DNA of 64,000 nt from Squalus acanthias. Lineage: Eukaryota. The stretch is from positions 131,194,001 through 131,258,000 of the forward strand of contig CM059431.1 of NCBI GenBank assembly GCA_030390025.1. Direction: 5' to 3'. The translations under genes were made by a program, and so were the position numbers. Each line of letters opens with the position of its first letter. Position 1 is the stretch's first letter. The notes beneath the pieces were generated by a model that did no database searches, was not told the origin of the DNA, and worked only from the letters and a program-made list of their open reading frames with translations. This document shows positions 45,783-58,399 of this stretch, piece after piece.

Positions 45783-48700
45783 TGTTGAGGCTGCCGCGAA
45801 ACACGAATGGAGGCTGAATCCATATGTGGAAAACAAGAAAACTTTAATTCACTGCATGGCACACAAAAATGGCTGAGAGAGCTCCTCCCAGAATTCTCTG
45901 GAAAAACTCCCAGAATTCTCTGGGTAAAACCTGAGGCCCCGCCACCTTCTGCCTTAAAGGTAATGTGCCTTAAAGGGGAAGGTGCTGGAAATTTGTCCAC
46001 AGACGGAAGAGTGGATTATGCCTGTTTTAGGTGGCGATCCGCCACACAGCTCCCCCCAGAATCCGCTTAGGAGGTGTGGACGGGACAGTGCGGCGGTCGG
46101 ATGGGCCGGCCGGAGCGGCTCTTGTAGGACGCCGGTGGACGTGGAACGGCCGGGCGTGGAGCAGCCGGATGAACCGGCTTGAGGGCAGGTCGGCCGCGTG
46201 GAGGTGGACGAGCTACAGGGACCTGCTCCCCGGGCTCCGACTGTGCTGGCTTGAGTCGGTCCACCAACACTTTTTCGGTCCTTTCACTCACTTGCAGGGT
46301 GAAAAATTTGTCCCCAGCCTGTAGCATCTTGTAGGGCCCATCATACGGGGGTTGAAGGGGTCCGCGGTGGGCGTCGTGCCGGACGAAAACAAACCGTGCC
46401 TGGTGCAGGCTTAGTGGGACGTGTGAGGTGGATTCGCCGTGTCGGGCAATGGGCACCGGGGCGAACTGCAGCGCCGGTGAGGCGAAGTAGTGGCGTTGCT
46501 GGTCGGCTGACCAGGGTGTCGTGGCGGTGGGTAGGAACTCGCCGGGTACGCGCAGCGGCTGACCGTACACGAGCTCTGCTGCCGATGCGTGGAGGTCTTC
46601 TTTAACCGCGGTGCGCAGGCCGAGGAGGACCCACGGAAGTCGGTCGGTCCAGGCGCCGTCTTGGAGGCTGGCTCGAAGAGATGCCTTCAAGGATCTGTGG
46701 AACCGCTCACAAAGTCCGTTGGCTTGGGGGTGGTACGCTGTGGTGCGGTGAATGGTCACCCCGAGATTGCGTGCGACGGCAGTCCAGAGTTCAGAGGTAA
46801 ATTGCGGACCTCTGTCCGACGTCATGTCGGAGGGGACGCCGAACCGTGCGACCCAGGTGCTGACGAAGGCTCTGGAGATGTCGGTGGTGGTGGTAGAGGT
46901 CAGTGGAATTGCCTCAGGCCAGCGTGTGGTGCGGTCAACGATGGTCAGCAAGTGCGTGTGGCCTTGCGACGGCGGCAGGGGCCCGACGATGTCCACGTGG
47001 ATGTGGTCGAATCTCCGCGAGGGGACGGTAAACTCCTCGAGGGGTGCTTTCGTGTGTTGCTGTACCTTGGCCCGTTGGCAGGCTAAGCAGGAGTTGGCCC
47101 AAGTACGCACATCCTTGCGAAGGCCGCGCCAGACAAAGCGGTTGGCTACCAATTTGATGGATGCGTGGGCGCCGGGGTGGGAGAGGTTGTGGAGAATGTC
47201 GAATACTCGGCAGCGCCAGGACGCTGGGACGACGGGCCGAGGTTGACATAGGGATATGTCGCACTTGACCGTGACTGCGGTCGGGCCACAGGCAATGTCG
47301 GCCAGGCGTAGCCCTGGTAGGTTGGTGGGTGCGGAGAGCAGATCAGGGTCGGTGATCTGGTCTGCTGCGAGTTAAGCGTAGTCGACTGCTAGGTGTGCGG
47401 CGTGGATGGCGGGGTTGGGAGAGGCAGTCGGCTACCACATTGTCTCGGCCGGAGACGTGTCGGATGTCCGTGGTGAACTCGGACACTGCCGTGAGCTGGC
47501 GCTGCTGCCTGGCGGACCAGGGGTCAGTTGTCTTTGCCATTGCGAATGTCAGGGGCTTGTGGTCGACAAACGCTGTGAAGGGGTGGCCCTCCAGCAAAAA
47601 CCGAAAATGGCGGACCGCCAGGAACAGCGCGAGGAGCTCGCGGTCGAAGGTGCTGTACTTGACCTCCGGGGGGCGTAGTTGGCGGCTGAAGAAGGCAAGT
47701 GGTTGCCAGGCGTCGTCGACCCACTGCTCATACACGGCGCCGACCGCGTGGTCGGAGGCGTCCGTGGTGTGCGCTACCCTGGCATTGGGCCGTGGGTGCG
47801 CAAGCAGGGTGGCGTTGGCGAGCGCTGTCTTGGTGGAATCGAAGGCGGCGGACGCGTCTGCCGTCCATTCGACCGCCATCTTGCCGCTCCTGCCCCGGAG
47901 GGCTTCATACAGGGGCCTCATGAGGGACGCCGCTTTGGGGATGAAGCGGTTATAGAAATTCACCATCCCGAGGAACTCCTGGAGGCCTTTGATGGTGGTG
48001 GGGCGGGGAAATTGTTGGACGGCCTGCACCTTGGTGGGCAGGGGAATGGCCCCAGCATGGGTGATGTGGTGGCCGAGGAAGTCGATCTTGTCCAGGCCGA
48101 ACTGGCATTTGGCTGGGCTGAGGATGAGCCCGTGGTCGCTGAGGCGCCCGAACAGGATGCGAAGGTGTTCGAAGTGTTCCTGCTTGGAGGAACTGGCTAC
48201 CAGGATGTCGTCCAGGTAGACGAACAGGAACTACAGGTCCCGAAGGACCGAGTCCATGAGCCGTTGGAATGCCTGGGCCGCGTTTTTGAGGCCGAAGGGC
48301 ATCCGCAGGAACTCGAATAGGCCGAATGGGGTGATTACGGCCGTCTTGGGGACGTCCGCGGGGTGGACGGGGACTTGGTGGTAGCCGCGCACCAGGTCGA
48401 CCTTGGAAAAGACTGAGCGGCCGGCCAGTCTAGCCGAGAAGTCCTGAATGTGCGGCACGGGGTACCAATCAGGGGTGGTGGCGTCATTGAGGCGGCGGTA
48501 ATCCCCGCAGGGGCGCCAACCTCCGCCTGGTTTGGGGGCGATGTGGAGTGGGGAGGCCCAGGGACTGTTGGAGCGGCGGATGATGCCGAGCTGTAAATTT
48601 TTTAAGGAGCGCTGTTCTGAGATGTGCGTACTTGCCTTCCTCTGGTGGGTTCTGCAGCGTTGTCCAAACCTTGGAAACTGTGGTGCTACTGAGTGATGTG

Positions 48701-49141
48701 ACGAGATAGTCGTACTTCGTCCCATCTGTGGTGATATTTCGCAGCCGGAAGCGAGATTCAGCTTGGAGAAACCAGGGTTCGGGCTGGTTTTCCCAAAACT
48801 CCGGCAGTTTCACGGAAACTGCGTTCGTGTCCGCCATTGCAGTGCTCGGAATACGTTCTGAGCGTCGGGGTCACCAATGTTGAGGCTGCCGCGAAACACG
48901 AATGGAGGCTGAATCCATATGTGGAAAACAAGAAAACTTTAATTCACTGCATGGCACAGAAAAATGGCTGAGAGAGCTCCTCCCAGAATTCTCTGGAAAA
49001 ACTCCCAGAATTCTCTGGGTAAAACCTGAGGCCCCGCCCCCTTCTGCCTTAAAGGTAATGTGCCTTAAAGGGGAAGGTGCTAGAAATTTGTCCACAGACG
49101 GAAGAGTGGATTATGCCCATTTTAGGTGGCGATCCGCCACA
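45783..49141 (-). mobile_element. Gypsy (CsRn1-like) LTR retrotransposon with internal deletion; LTRs 48878-49141 (5') and 45783-46046 (3')
   Basis: 264-bp TG..CA LTRs (5 mismatches counted by eye), TSD GTCC, PBS TGGTGACCCCGACG, PPT GGGGGGAG, RT/RNase H/integrase motifs. Confidence 0.97.
46067..48837 (-). pseudogene. Deleted gag-pol: Gag N-terminus fused out of frame to RT; stop at 48231; integrase 46067-47152 open
   Basis: KLPEFW..., WRPCGDYRRLN, RMPFGLKNA, YLDD, TDAS, HVDIVGP, SDRG, CERFH, GPY. Confidence 0.92.
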
Positions 49142-49414
49142 GTCCATCATTGGCGGCCATGCCTTCACCAGCCAAGGCCCTAATCTCTGGAATTCCCTCC
49201 CTAAACCTCTCCACCTCTACCTCTCTTTCCTCCTTTAAGATGCTCCTTAAAACCTACTTCTTTCAGCTGCCCTAATGTCTCATGTGACTCGGTGTCAAAT
49301 TTTCTTTTATAACACTCCTGTGAAGTGTCTTGGGACATTTTACTACGTTAAAGGAGCGAAATAAATGCAAGTTGTTGTTGTTATTTATATTCATAAAAGA
49401 TGAAGAAATACTAT

Positions 49415-50155
49415 GGGCCAGAATTTACTGTAAAACTAACGGCAAGGCTAGTGGTGCTCACTGTTATTTATGTGTAAATTGGACAGCACATCTGCGAGCG
49501 TAGATGTGCAGTTAAACGCGAAAATCAGAAAGTTGCTGCACAGCTCCTCCATAAACTGTACGAAAACGGCATCTCGCCATCTAGCTCCCCATTCAAATGC
49601 ATTGAATGATGTGAAGTTCCTGTATGGACGCAGATACGGACTAAACTCAGCACAGAAAGTTAGGGCTTGTCCCAATTACCCTTTTTAATGGTGTAATAAG
49701 TCTTAATTACTGCCCAACAACCTCTCCGGCACTGAAAATTAACTTACAAGTGTGGAGTCTTATTCCTTCAGCTTTTAATTGTTGTTGTAGATTCTTTTTT
49801 AAATTAAATTTAACATGATTTTAAGAAATTTCTTTCTGTCTCTTTTCTTCTCTCTTAATCCAATCTGTATTTCTTTCTTTTTATTTTGCTTTCTGTACCT
49901 GATTTGACAATGAATTCACTATTCTAACTTACACTTCCTGGTTCAGACTCTCTGCTGTTCATTAACAACTCTTCAATCTGATTGGTTGAGGAGATACAGA
50001 GTTGCCTGCCCTATTCGCAGAGGTCCCAGATGCCCTGTAGACTGTGCTGCGCTATTTGGATCTCGAACTTCCAGCAACTTACAGTGCAAAAGGTCATTTA
50101 AATCAAATGGACAAGGACAAGTCAACTATCACTGGCTACAGTAGATTTCTGGCCC
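49415..50155. mobile_element. Harbinger-type MITE (741 bp)
   Basis: TIRs GGGCCAGAATTT / AGATTTCTGGCCC, TSD TAT. Confidence 0.88.
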
Positions 50156-51589
50156 TATGTGTACTTAAGTCATTTATAAAAGATTATTTCTTGGAATAAA
50201 GATTTTTTTTTAATTTTGTCTACTTGCGAATAAAATGTAAAACTTCCTAATGTTAATACATAACTATTATATCACTGTTAAAATGATTCACTTGAGCATT
50301 GTTTGTTTAATAGATTTGTTTGATATTTTAAACTTAAATGCCCTGCCACTTTCAAAGACTGCAAGTAGAGGCCATATAGAGGGCCTATGATAGTGACATA
50401 CCCAAGATCAATTACCAAACAGGGTTTGTTGTTCTTTTACCCACGCTTGTTACTGAAAGCTTACGTGGATCTTAAAACAAGATAGACAGCCCCGAGAAAA
50501 ATCTTTAAAAATAAGGTAAAACCCGTAAACATAACACCCCATGTACAGCAACTTGTCGTTAAGTGCACACATCTCTCTAAATTTGAGCTGCAAGCCAGAC
50601 TTTGCATTCCACGTGAGGCTAGTTGCCAGAGCAAGGCCAAACCAATGCTGGGAGCTTGTGCTAATTACTCAGTTGAACTGACCACGTAAAACTAAGTACA
50701 GTCACTTTGTGGGTTAACTTGGCCCAGGTGCCCATACATGGCCCTTCCATCCTCTCCAATTAGCAAACCTGTTTCCAACTTTCCTTTCCTCTCCAGGGTC
50801 TGTGAATGTGTCATTGCCTCACAACTTCATCCTCACCTCTCCCACAAGTCTTTCTTTAAATCCTTTCCATCTGGCTTCCATCCCGTCCAAAGCACCAAAA
50901 CCACCCTGTCCAAAGTCACCAATGATATATTCTTTGTGACTGGGAGTATTATCCCTCCTTGAGCTTTCCACAGCGTATAACATAGTCAATCATATTATCC
51001 TCCTCCATCACCGTTCCTCCATGGGGTTGCCCTTGTGTATTCCACTTCTACCTATCTCAATACAGTCAGTGTATCACCAACAGTGTATCCCACCCCTACA
51101 TGGTTACTTCCAGTGTACCCCAAGGTTCCATCGTTAGCCTCTTCCATTTCTTCAGTTACATTACACCTGTTGGCAATATCAACCATAAGCATACAAATAA
51201 TTTCCCTTGGAAGGCTGATGACATTCTCTTCTAACTCTCAACCTTGATTCCACAACTATCTCTGTGCTGTCATACTTCTTGTCTTAGAGCAAATCATGGA
51301 TGAGCCTGCATTTCTTCCAAAACAATACTGGGAAGACCAAATCCATAGTATTCAGACTCCTTGCCCTTGTTACTGACTCCATTTCTCTACGCAACTGCTC
51401 ATACAGACTGCACCAGACAGTCATACCCTCACTCTCATGCTTGATCCAGAGCTGAGCTTCAAACCTGATATCCTGGTCACTGCATAGTCCATTTACTTCC
51501 TCCCCAGAACATTATCCACCTCTATCTCTAAATCATTCCCACTACAGCCAAAACTCTAATTCACACATTTGTCACCTCTAGACTTGATC

Positions 51590-52424
51590 GGGCTGGATTT
51601 TGTCAATGGGGACATGATGGAGGCGGGACTCCCACTTTTTGGGTTGTAGTCCTGCCTCCATCGACTTGTGACCAACCCACTGTATTTTCCCTTGATTGAC
51701 CTTGTTAAGCCCGCCCAGCAGGCTTAGCAGGCCAATCAAGGGTCCCTTGGATACAGGTGACGTCAGCCATTGAAATTTCATCTGTCAAGAGCTTTTGACA
51801 GATGAAATTTCAGCGTTTGACAGCTCTGTGAAGCTGTCAAACACTGACAATATGATTTCTAACGTGAGTCCCTGTACTTAGACTCAGTTAGAAATCAATC
51901 CAGCACAGAAAGCAGAGACTGCAGCTTTTGACAGCTCAGCAGCCATTCTGCTTTCTGTGCTGTGGATGTGAGGGACTCCCGACACCTTTGCCTGCAGGAC
52001 AAAGTTAAGGTAAGTACAAGTTCTTAAAACACTTTACACACACCAAACACACTTACCTCTGCACTCATGCACCCATCACTCACCTGCACACCGGACATCT
52101 CGACCCCTCCAAGCCCTCCAGACCGACAGTCCGCCTCGCTAAATCGGCGTGGTTCGGACCTGTCGGGAAGCCCACACTTCAGGGCCAAAAATAGGGATTA
52201 GGTAAAAAACTGCCTGTTAACTACCTGTTAACAGGCAGTTTATTGGCACTAATCCCCTTCCCGCCTCGGGGAGGCGGGTCCCAGCACAGGTCGAGTACCC
52301 GCCTCCTGTGAAACTGGCATGGAGGCGGGTTGGGGGCGGGATGGGTTCGGGACCCCTGAATCTGCTATTTTCCCACCCCACACGCCTCCAAACCCGCCTC
52401 CACGGGTCAATGAAAATTCTGCCC
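51590..52424. mobile_element. Harbinger-type MITE (835 bp)
   Basis: TIRs GGGCTGGATTTT / AAAATTCTGCCC; internal hairpins shared with 41632-42425. Confidence 0.85.
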
Positions 52425-52431
52425 GATTTCT

Positions 52432-52535
52432 CTACGAAGGTACACAGACCTGAAACGTTAACTCTGTTTCTCTCTCCACGGATGCTGCCTGGCCTGCTGA
52501 ATGTCTCCAGCATTTTCTGTTGTTATTTTGATTTC
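52432..52535 (+). mobile_element. Penelope-like terminal fragment with a degenerate hammerhead core
   Basis: GACCTGAAACGTTAACTCTGTTTCTCTCTCCACGGATGCTGCCTGGCCTGCTGA is identical to the 38318 copy. Confidence 0.7.
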
Positions 52536-54547
52536 CCTACTGTCCTATTCACGAGCCTCCCATACTTCATCCTCTATAAACTCCAATTCATTGGAAATTC
52601 CAACAACCGCATCCTGTACTGCACTAAGTCCCATTTGCACATCACTCCAATCCTTACCAATTTATGTTGGCTCCCAGCGCATCAATTTTAAAATCTTTGT
52701 CCTCAACTACACATTCCTCCATGGCCTCGCCCCACCCTGCCTCTGTGACCCCTGTTGCATTTTACAATTTTTCCTTTGAATATTTTTCTTGAGTTCATAT
52801 CTCAAACCACTCGCCTTTGTTCCATGCGGCCCAGACTGTCTTTTTTTGCACAAATTCTAGATAATTTATAGTAAGCCCAGGTTCAAACAGAAAGTGCTCA
52901 ATGCTGCATTTTGGTTTACTGATTATATCACATGGCCACATGGGATCTTTCTCAAACTAGGAAGGTGAAAGAATATATACCCTTCAAATCTGTGGCTTAG
53001 TGTATAAACTGAAGAACAGATTTATTGAACAGCAAGTGGATGTGAATAACAGCAATGACACAATGTAGATTTACAATAGTTACAAGCTTAACTCCTCAAA
53101 TGATAACAAATGATTGAGTCTGCTCCAGTGAATTTCAATATGAGGTCCCTGACTTAACAATGCTGGAGTCTTTCTGATCTATTTATATTTCTGATGCTCC
53201 AGGCTGACTACCTAAATAGAAGAAGCCAGGCTGAGCTTATTTTCAAAATTTGTACTGGGACAAAGGAAATTTAAATATGTATCTCTTAAATTCAAATAGT
53301 ATTGAAGAAACATATATTCAGACAAAACCCACAGGATGCTTGTATTTTAATTGAATGGCTTGGCTACTCCCTTGGATACTTGTGCTGGTACTGGTGTGTA
53401 TCAAAATAAGCTGTACTACGTTTTGCGAATGAGCCTCATTTTTAACCTCATATGTGCCATAACAGAGGGAAAGATGGCAATAACATGATACATCATAAAC
53501 AAAAATGCTTTAATTTTGTCACAAACTCTTCCTCTACCCTTTTACCATTTGTTCCTCCAATGTTGGACTCCTGTCCATTTGCTGTCTAGGCCCTACTCTT
53601 TGGAACTACCCCCTATCACATTCTGTCAGCCCATCGTTAACTGCCTTCTCAAAGCCTACCAATGTAACCATGCCTTGCTCATCTTTCCAACTCCCCATTT
53701 ATACTCAGTGTCTATTTTTACTCCTTTGTGAAGCACCGTGAGGAATTTGTTAAATGTAAAAGGCACTATATAAATGCCAGGTGGTTGTTGTTGCTGCTGC
53801 TGCTGCAACTGTAAATGTTTTTATCTTGTAACAGGGTTTCTCTCCCTATTCCTTCTGCTCCCATTCAAGAGGCTCTGTCTCCTTCTCCTTTATTCTCTCC
53901 AATTGGCTCTCTACCAACTAGCTACCTCCCACTCCATCTTCCCTGAGCTGGAGTACTTGTGAAATAAATTAAGCATCTTGTTAAGCCAGATTTTATTTTT
54001 GTTGCCACATATATGTTGGGAAATAAATAAAATCATACTTAATAAACTGCCAACTTACATTTTCCCAGCATTGCAGCCTGGAAGCTGAACTGATGTACAG
54101 CTGAGACCTGGGCCCAAGAAGCACAGGCCAAAGCCCGTTTACTGCTTACATGCTGGTAGAAGATTTTTGGGATCCCTTTTATGTTAACCGCCATTCTACT
54201 CTCATATTCTCTCTTTGCCAATCTTATTTCCATCTTCACTTTCCCTCTCAACTTATTGTATTTGGTCTGGTTCTCCCTTGAAGAATTCACCTGACATGCA
54301 TCATACACTGTGGCGGATCGGCGCCTAAACGAGCATAATCCACTCTTCCGTCCGTGGACAAAAATCCAGCACCTTCCCTTTAAGGCACCTTACCTTTAAG
54401 GCAGGAGTGGGCGGGGCCTCAGAGTTTGCCCAGAGAATTCTGGGAGCTTTCGGTGCAGCCATTTTTGTGCCATGCAGTTGAATTAAAGTTTCTTGTTTTC
54501 CACATATGGATTCAGCCTCCATTCGTGTTTCGCGGCAGCCTCAACAT

Positions 54548-54559
54548 TGGTGACCCCGA
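54548..54559 (+). promoter_or_regulatory. Primer-binding site complementary to the tRNA-Trp 3' end
   Basis: TGGTGACCCCGA, 1 nt after the 5' LTR; the second copy extends to TGGTGACCCCGACG. Confidence 0.85.
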
Positions 54560-54586
54560 TGCTCAAAACGTATTCCGAGCACTGCA

Positions 54587-57500
54587 ATGGCGGACACGAA
54601 CGCAGTTTCCGTGAAACTGCCGGAGTTTTGGGAAAACCAGCCTGAAGCCTGGTTTCTCCAAGCTGAATCTCGCTTCCGGCTACGAAACATCACCACAGAT
54701 GGGACGAAGTACGACTATCTCGTCACATCACTCGGTAGCGCCGCAGTTTCCAAGGTTTGGACAACGCTGCAGAACCCACCAGAGGAAGGCAAGTACGCAC
54801 ATCTCAGGACAGCACTCCTTAAAAAATTTACGGCCTCGGCATATCAGCGAAACAGCCACCTCATCGACCTTCCAGGCCTCGGTGATGCCTCACCGTCAGA
54901 CCTCCTCTCCCACATGCTCTCCCTCACCGACGAGAGCCCACCCGGATCCCTCTTCCGCACGCTGTTCATCCGCCAGCTCCCTCTCAGCATCCGCCCAGCG
55001 ATCGTGACGTCCGGCCTCACGAACCTGGAAGCCCTGGCCGATGAGGTCGACAAGCTGCTGTCCGCTCACTCCAGCCGCGACGTCACTCCGGACCTGGCAG
55101 CCAATGCCTGGGCGCGCCCCTCACCGGCCAGCACGCGGCCACAAGGGCCTGCCACTGGGCTCACGGGGCCTTCGCGCCCCACTAACCCGGGTCACTGTTA
55201 CTACCATGCACGGTTCGGCACCAGGGCACAACGGTGCACACCTCCCTGCTCTTTCAAGTCCGCCCCCGTACCAGCCCCCGCGATGGCCGTGGGCCATGCA
55301 GGCTCCCTGCTGTTCGTTACGGATGACAAAACCGGCCGCCAGTTCCTGTGCGACACTGGGGCTCAGCACAGCATCATCCCGGCCTCCTCCCTCAACATCC
55401 AAAAGGACGAACGAGGACCGGCGCTGGCTGCTGTTAACGGCTCGGAAATCTGGACGTATGGCACCCGGACAGTCACCCTCGACCTCGCTGGTCGCTGCTA
55501 CCGATGGGAGTTCATCACGGCCAAGGTGCTCTCCCCTCTCATCGGCGCGGATTTCCTGTGTGCCCACGGCCTACTGGTAGACATCCCTCGACACCGCCTC
55601 GTGGACATGAACACCATGTCCCCCATCCTGGGCGCCATGGCCCCCCGTCAACCCGCCGACATGGCATCACAGTGCCACTCCCGGGACACGGATGACTACT
55701 CGGCACTCCTGGCCGAATTCCCGGCCCTTACCAATCCGACCTTCTCCGCGGAGGCCGCCAAACACGGGGTGGAACACTTCATCCCCACCACAGGCCCACC
55801 AGTGTACGCCCACGCCCGCAGGCTGGACCCGACCAAACTGGAGATCGCGAGGACCGAGTTTGCCACCATGGAACAGCTCGGCATCATCCGCCGCTCCAAC
55901 AGTCCCTGGGCCTCCCCACTCCACATCGCCCCCAAACCAGGCGGAGGTTGGAGCCCCTGTGGGGATTACCGCCGCCTCAACGACGCCACCACCCCTGATC
56001 GGTACCCCGTGCTGCAAATTCAGGACTTCTCGGCTAGACTGGCCGGCCGCTCAGTCTTTTCCAAGGTCGACCTGGTGCGCGGCTACCACCAAGTCCCCGT
56101 CCACACCGCGGACGTCCCCAAGACGGCCGTAATCACCCCCTTCGGCCTGTTCGAGTTTCTGCAGATGCCCTTCAGCCTCAAAAACGCGGCCCAGGCATTC
56201 CAACGGCTCATGGACTCGGTCCTTCGGGACCTGAAGTTCCTGTTCGTCTACCTGGACGACATCCTGGTAGCCAGTTCCTCCAAGCAGGAACACCTCGAAC
56301 ACCTTCGCATCCTGTTCGGGCGCCTCAGCGACCACGGGCTCATCCTCAGCCCAGCCAAATGCCAGTTCGGCCTGGACAAGATCGACTTCCTCGGCCACCA
56401 CATCACCCATGCTGGGGCCATTCCCCTGCCCACCAAGGTGCAGGCCGTCCAACAATTTCCCCGCCCCACCACCATCAAAGGCCTCCAGGAGTTCCTCGGG
56501 ATGGTGAATTTCTATAACCGCTTCATCCCCAAAGTGGCGTCCCTCATGAGGCCCCTGTATGAAGCCCTCCGGGGCAGGAGCGGCAAGATGGCGGTCGAAT
56601 GGATGGCAGACGCGTCCGCCGCCTTCGACTCCACCAAGACCGCGCTCGCCAACGCCACCCTGCTCGCGCACCCACGGCCCAATGCCAGGGTAGCGCTCAC
56701 CACGGACGCCTCCGACCATGCGGTCGGCGCCGTGTATGAGCAGTGGGTTGACGACGCCTGGCAACCACTTGCCTTCTTCAGCCGCCAACTACGCCCCCCG
56801 GAGGTCAAGTACAGCACCTTCGACCGCGAACTCCTCGCGCTGTTCCTGGCAGTCCGCCATTTCCGGTTTTTGCTTGAGGGCCACCCCTTCACTGCGTTTG
56901 TCGACCACAAGCCCCTGACATTCGCAATGGCAAAGACAACCGACCCCTGGTCCGCCAGGCAGCAGCGCCAGCTCACGGCAGTGTCCAAGTTCACCACGGA
57001 CATCCAACACGTCTCCGGCCGACACAATGTGGTAGCCGACTGCCTCTCCCGCCCCGCCATCCACGCCGCACACCTGGCAGTCGACTACGCTCAACTCACA
57101 GCAGACCAGATCACCGACCCTGATCTGCTCTCCGCACCCACCAACCTACCAGGGCTACACCTGGCCGACGTCGCCTGTGGCCCGACCGCAGTCACGGTCA
57201 AGTGCGACATTTCCCTATGTCAACCTCGGCCCGTCGTCCCAGCGTCCTGACGCCGCCGGGTATTCGACATTCTCCACAACCTCTCCCACCCCAGCGCCCG
57301 CGCATCCATCAAATTGGTAGCCAACCGCTTCGTCTGGCGCGGCCTTCGCAAGGATGTGCGCACTTGGGCCAACTCCTGCCTAGCCTGCCAACGGGCCAAG
57401 GTACAGCAACACACGAAAGCACCCCTCGAGGAGTTTACCGTCCCCTCGCGGAGATTCGACCACATCCACGTGGACATCGTCGGGCCCCTGCCGCCGTCGC

Positions 57501-58399
57501 AAGGCCACACGCACTTGCTGACGATCGTTGACCGCACCACGCGCTGGCCCGAGGCAATTCCACTGACCTCTACCACCACCACCGACATCGCCAGAGCCTT
57601 CGTCAACACCTGGTTCGCACGGTTCGGCGTCCCCTCCGACATGACGTCGGACAGAGGTCCGCAATTTACCTCTGAACTCTGGACCGCCGTCGCACGCAAT
57701 CTCGGGGTGACCATTCACCGCACCACAGCGTACCACCCCCAAGCCAACGGACTGTGTGAGCGGTTCCATAGATCCTTGAAGGCATCTCTTCGAGCCAGCC
57801 TCCAGGACGGCGCCTGGACCGACCGACTTCCGTGGGTCCTCCTCGGCCTGCGTACCGCGGTTAAAGAAGACCTCCACGCATCGGCAGCAGAGCTCGTGTA
57901 CGGTCAGCCGCTGCGCGTACCCGGCGAGTTCCTGCCCACCGCCACGACACCCTGGTCAGCCGACCAGCAACGCCACGACTTCGCCTCACCGGCGCTGCAG
58001 TTCGCCCCGGTGCCCATTGCCCGACACGGCGAATCCACCTCACATGTCCCACTAAGCTTGCACCAGGCACGGTTTGTTTTCGTCCGGCACGACGCCCACC
58101 GCGGACCCCTTCAACCCCCGTACGACGGGCCCTACAAGGTGCTACAGGCTGCGGACAAATTTTTCACCCTGCAAGTGGGCGACAGGACAGAAAAAGTGTC
58201 AGTTGACCGACTCAAGCCAGCACACTCAGAGCCCGGTGAGCAGGTCCCTGTAGCTCGTCCACCTCCATGCGGCCGACCTGCCCTCAAGCCGGTTCACCCG
58301 GCTGCTCCACGCCCGGCCGTTCCACGTCCACCGGCGTCCTACAAGAGCCGCTCCGGCAGGCACATCAGACCGCCGCACCGTCTCATCCACACCTCCTAA
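54587..58399 (+). pseudogene. Single gag-pol ORF (~1270 codons: Gag, protease, RT, RNase H, integrase) with one in-frame TGA at 57248-57250
   Basis: Gag CYYH..C...C, protease DTGA, RT YLDD, RNase H TDAS/DREL, integrase HHCC, D-D-E and GPY. ORFs 54587-57250 and 57314-58399 share a frame; the other copy has TGG at this codon. Confidence 0.95.

Larger units (their letters stand above)
45470..49383 (+). mobile_element. L2-type 3' fragment (45470-45782 and 49142-49383) split by the Gypsy element
   Basis: Homologous to 29190-29735; joins seamlessly across the GTCC TSD. Confidence 0.8.
50740..52760 (+). mobile_element. Old degenerate L2-type LINE RT fragment, interrupted at 51590-52535
   Basis: PVSNFPFLSRV, SGFHPVQSTKTTLSKVTNDI and HITPILTNLCWLP motifs. 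Confidence 0.75.

Noticed and set aside
46031..48320. Numerous antisense and alternative-frame ORFs over the Gypsy elements (also 54699-58449)
   Set aside because: Expected shadow ORFs of GC-rich coding sequence; no env-like or other domain is visible.
57248..57250. Programmed readthrough or selenocysteine TGA between RNase H and integrase
   Set aside because: The sibling copy has TGG here, so it is a simple nonsense mutation.
54587..58399. Bacterial contamination because of high GC
   Set aside because: Bounded by LTRs with a TSD and cleanly inserted in a vertebrate CR1 fragment.
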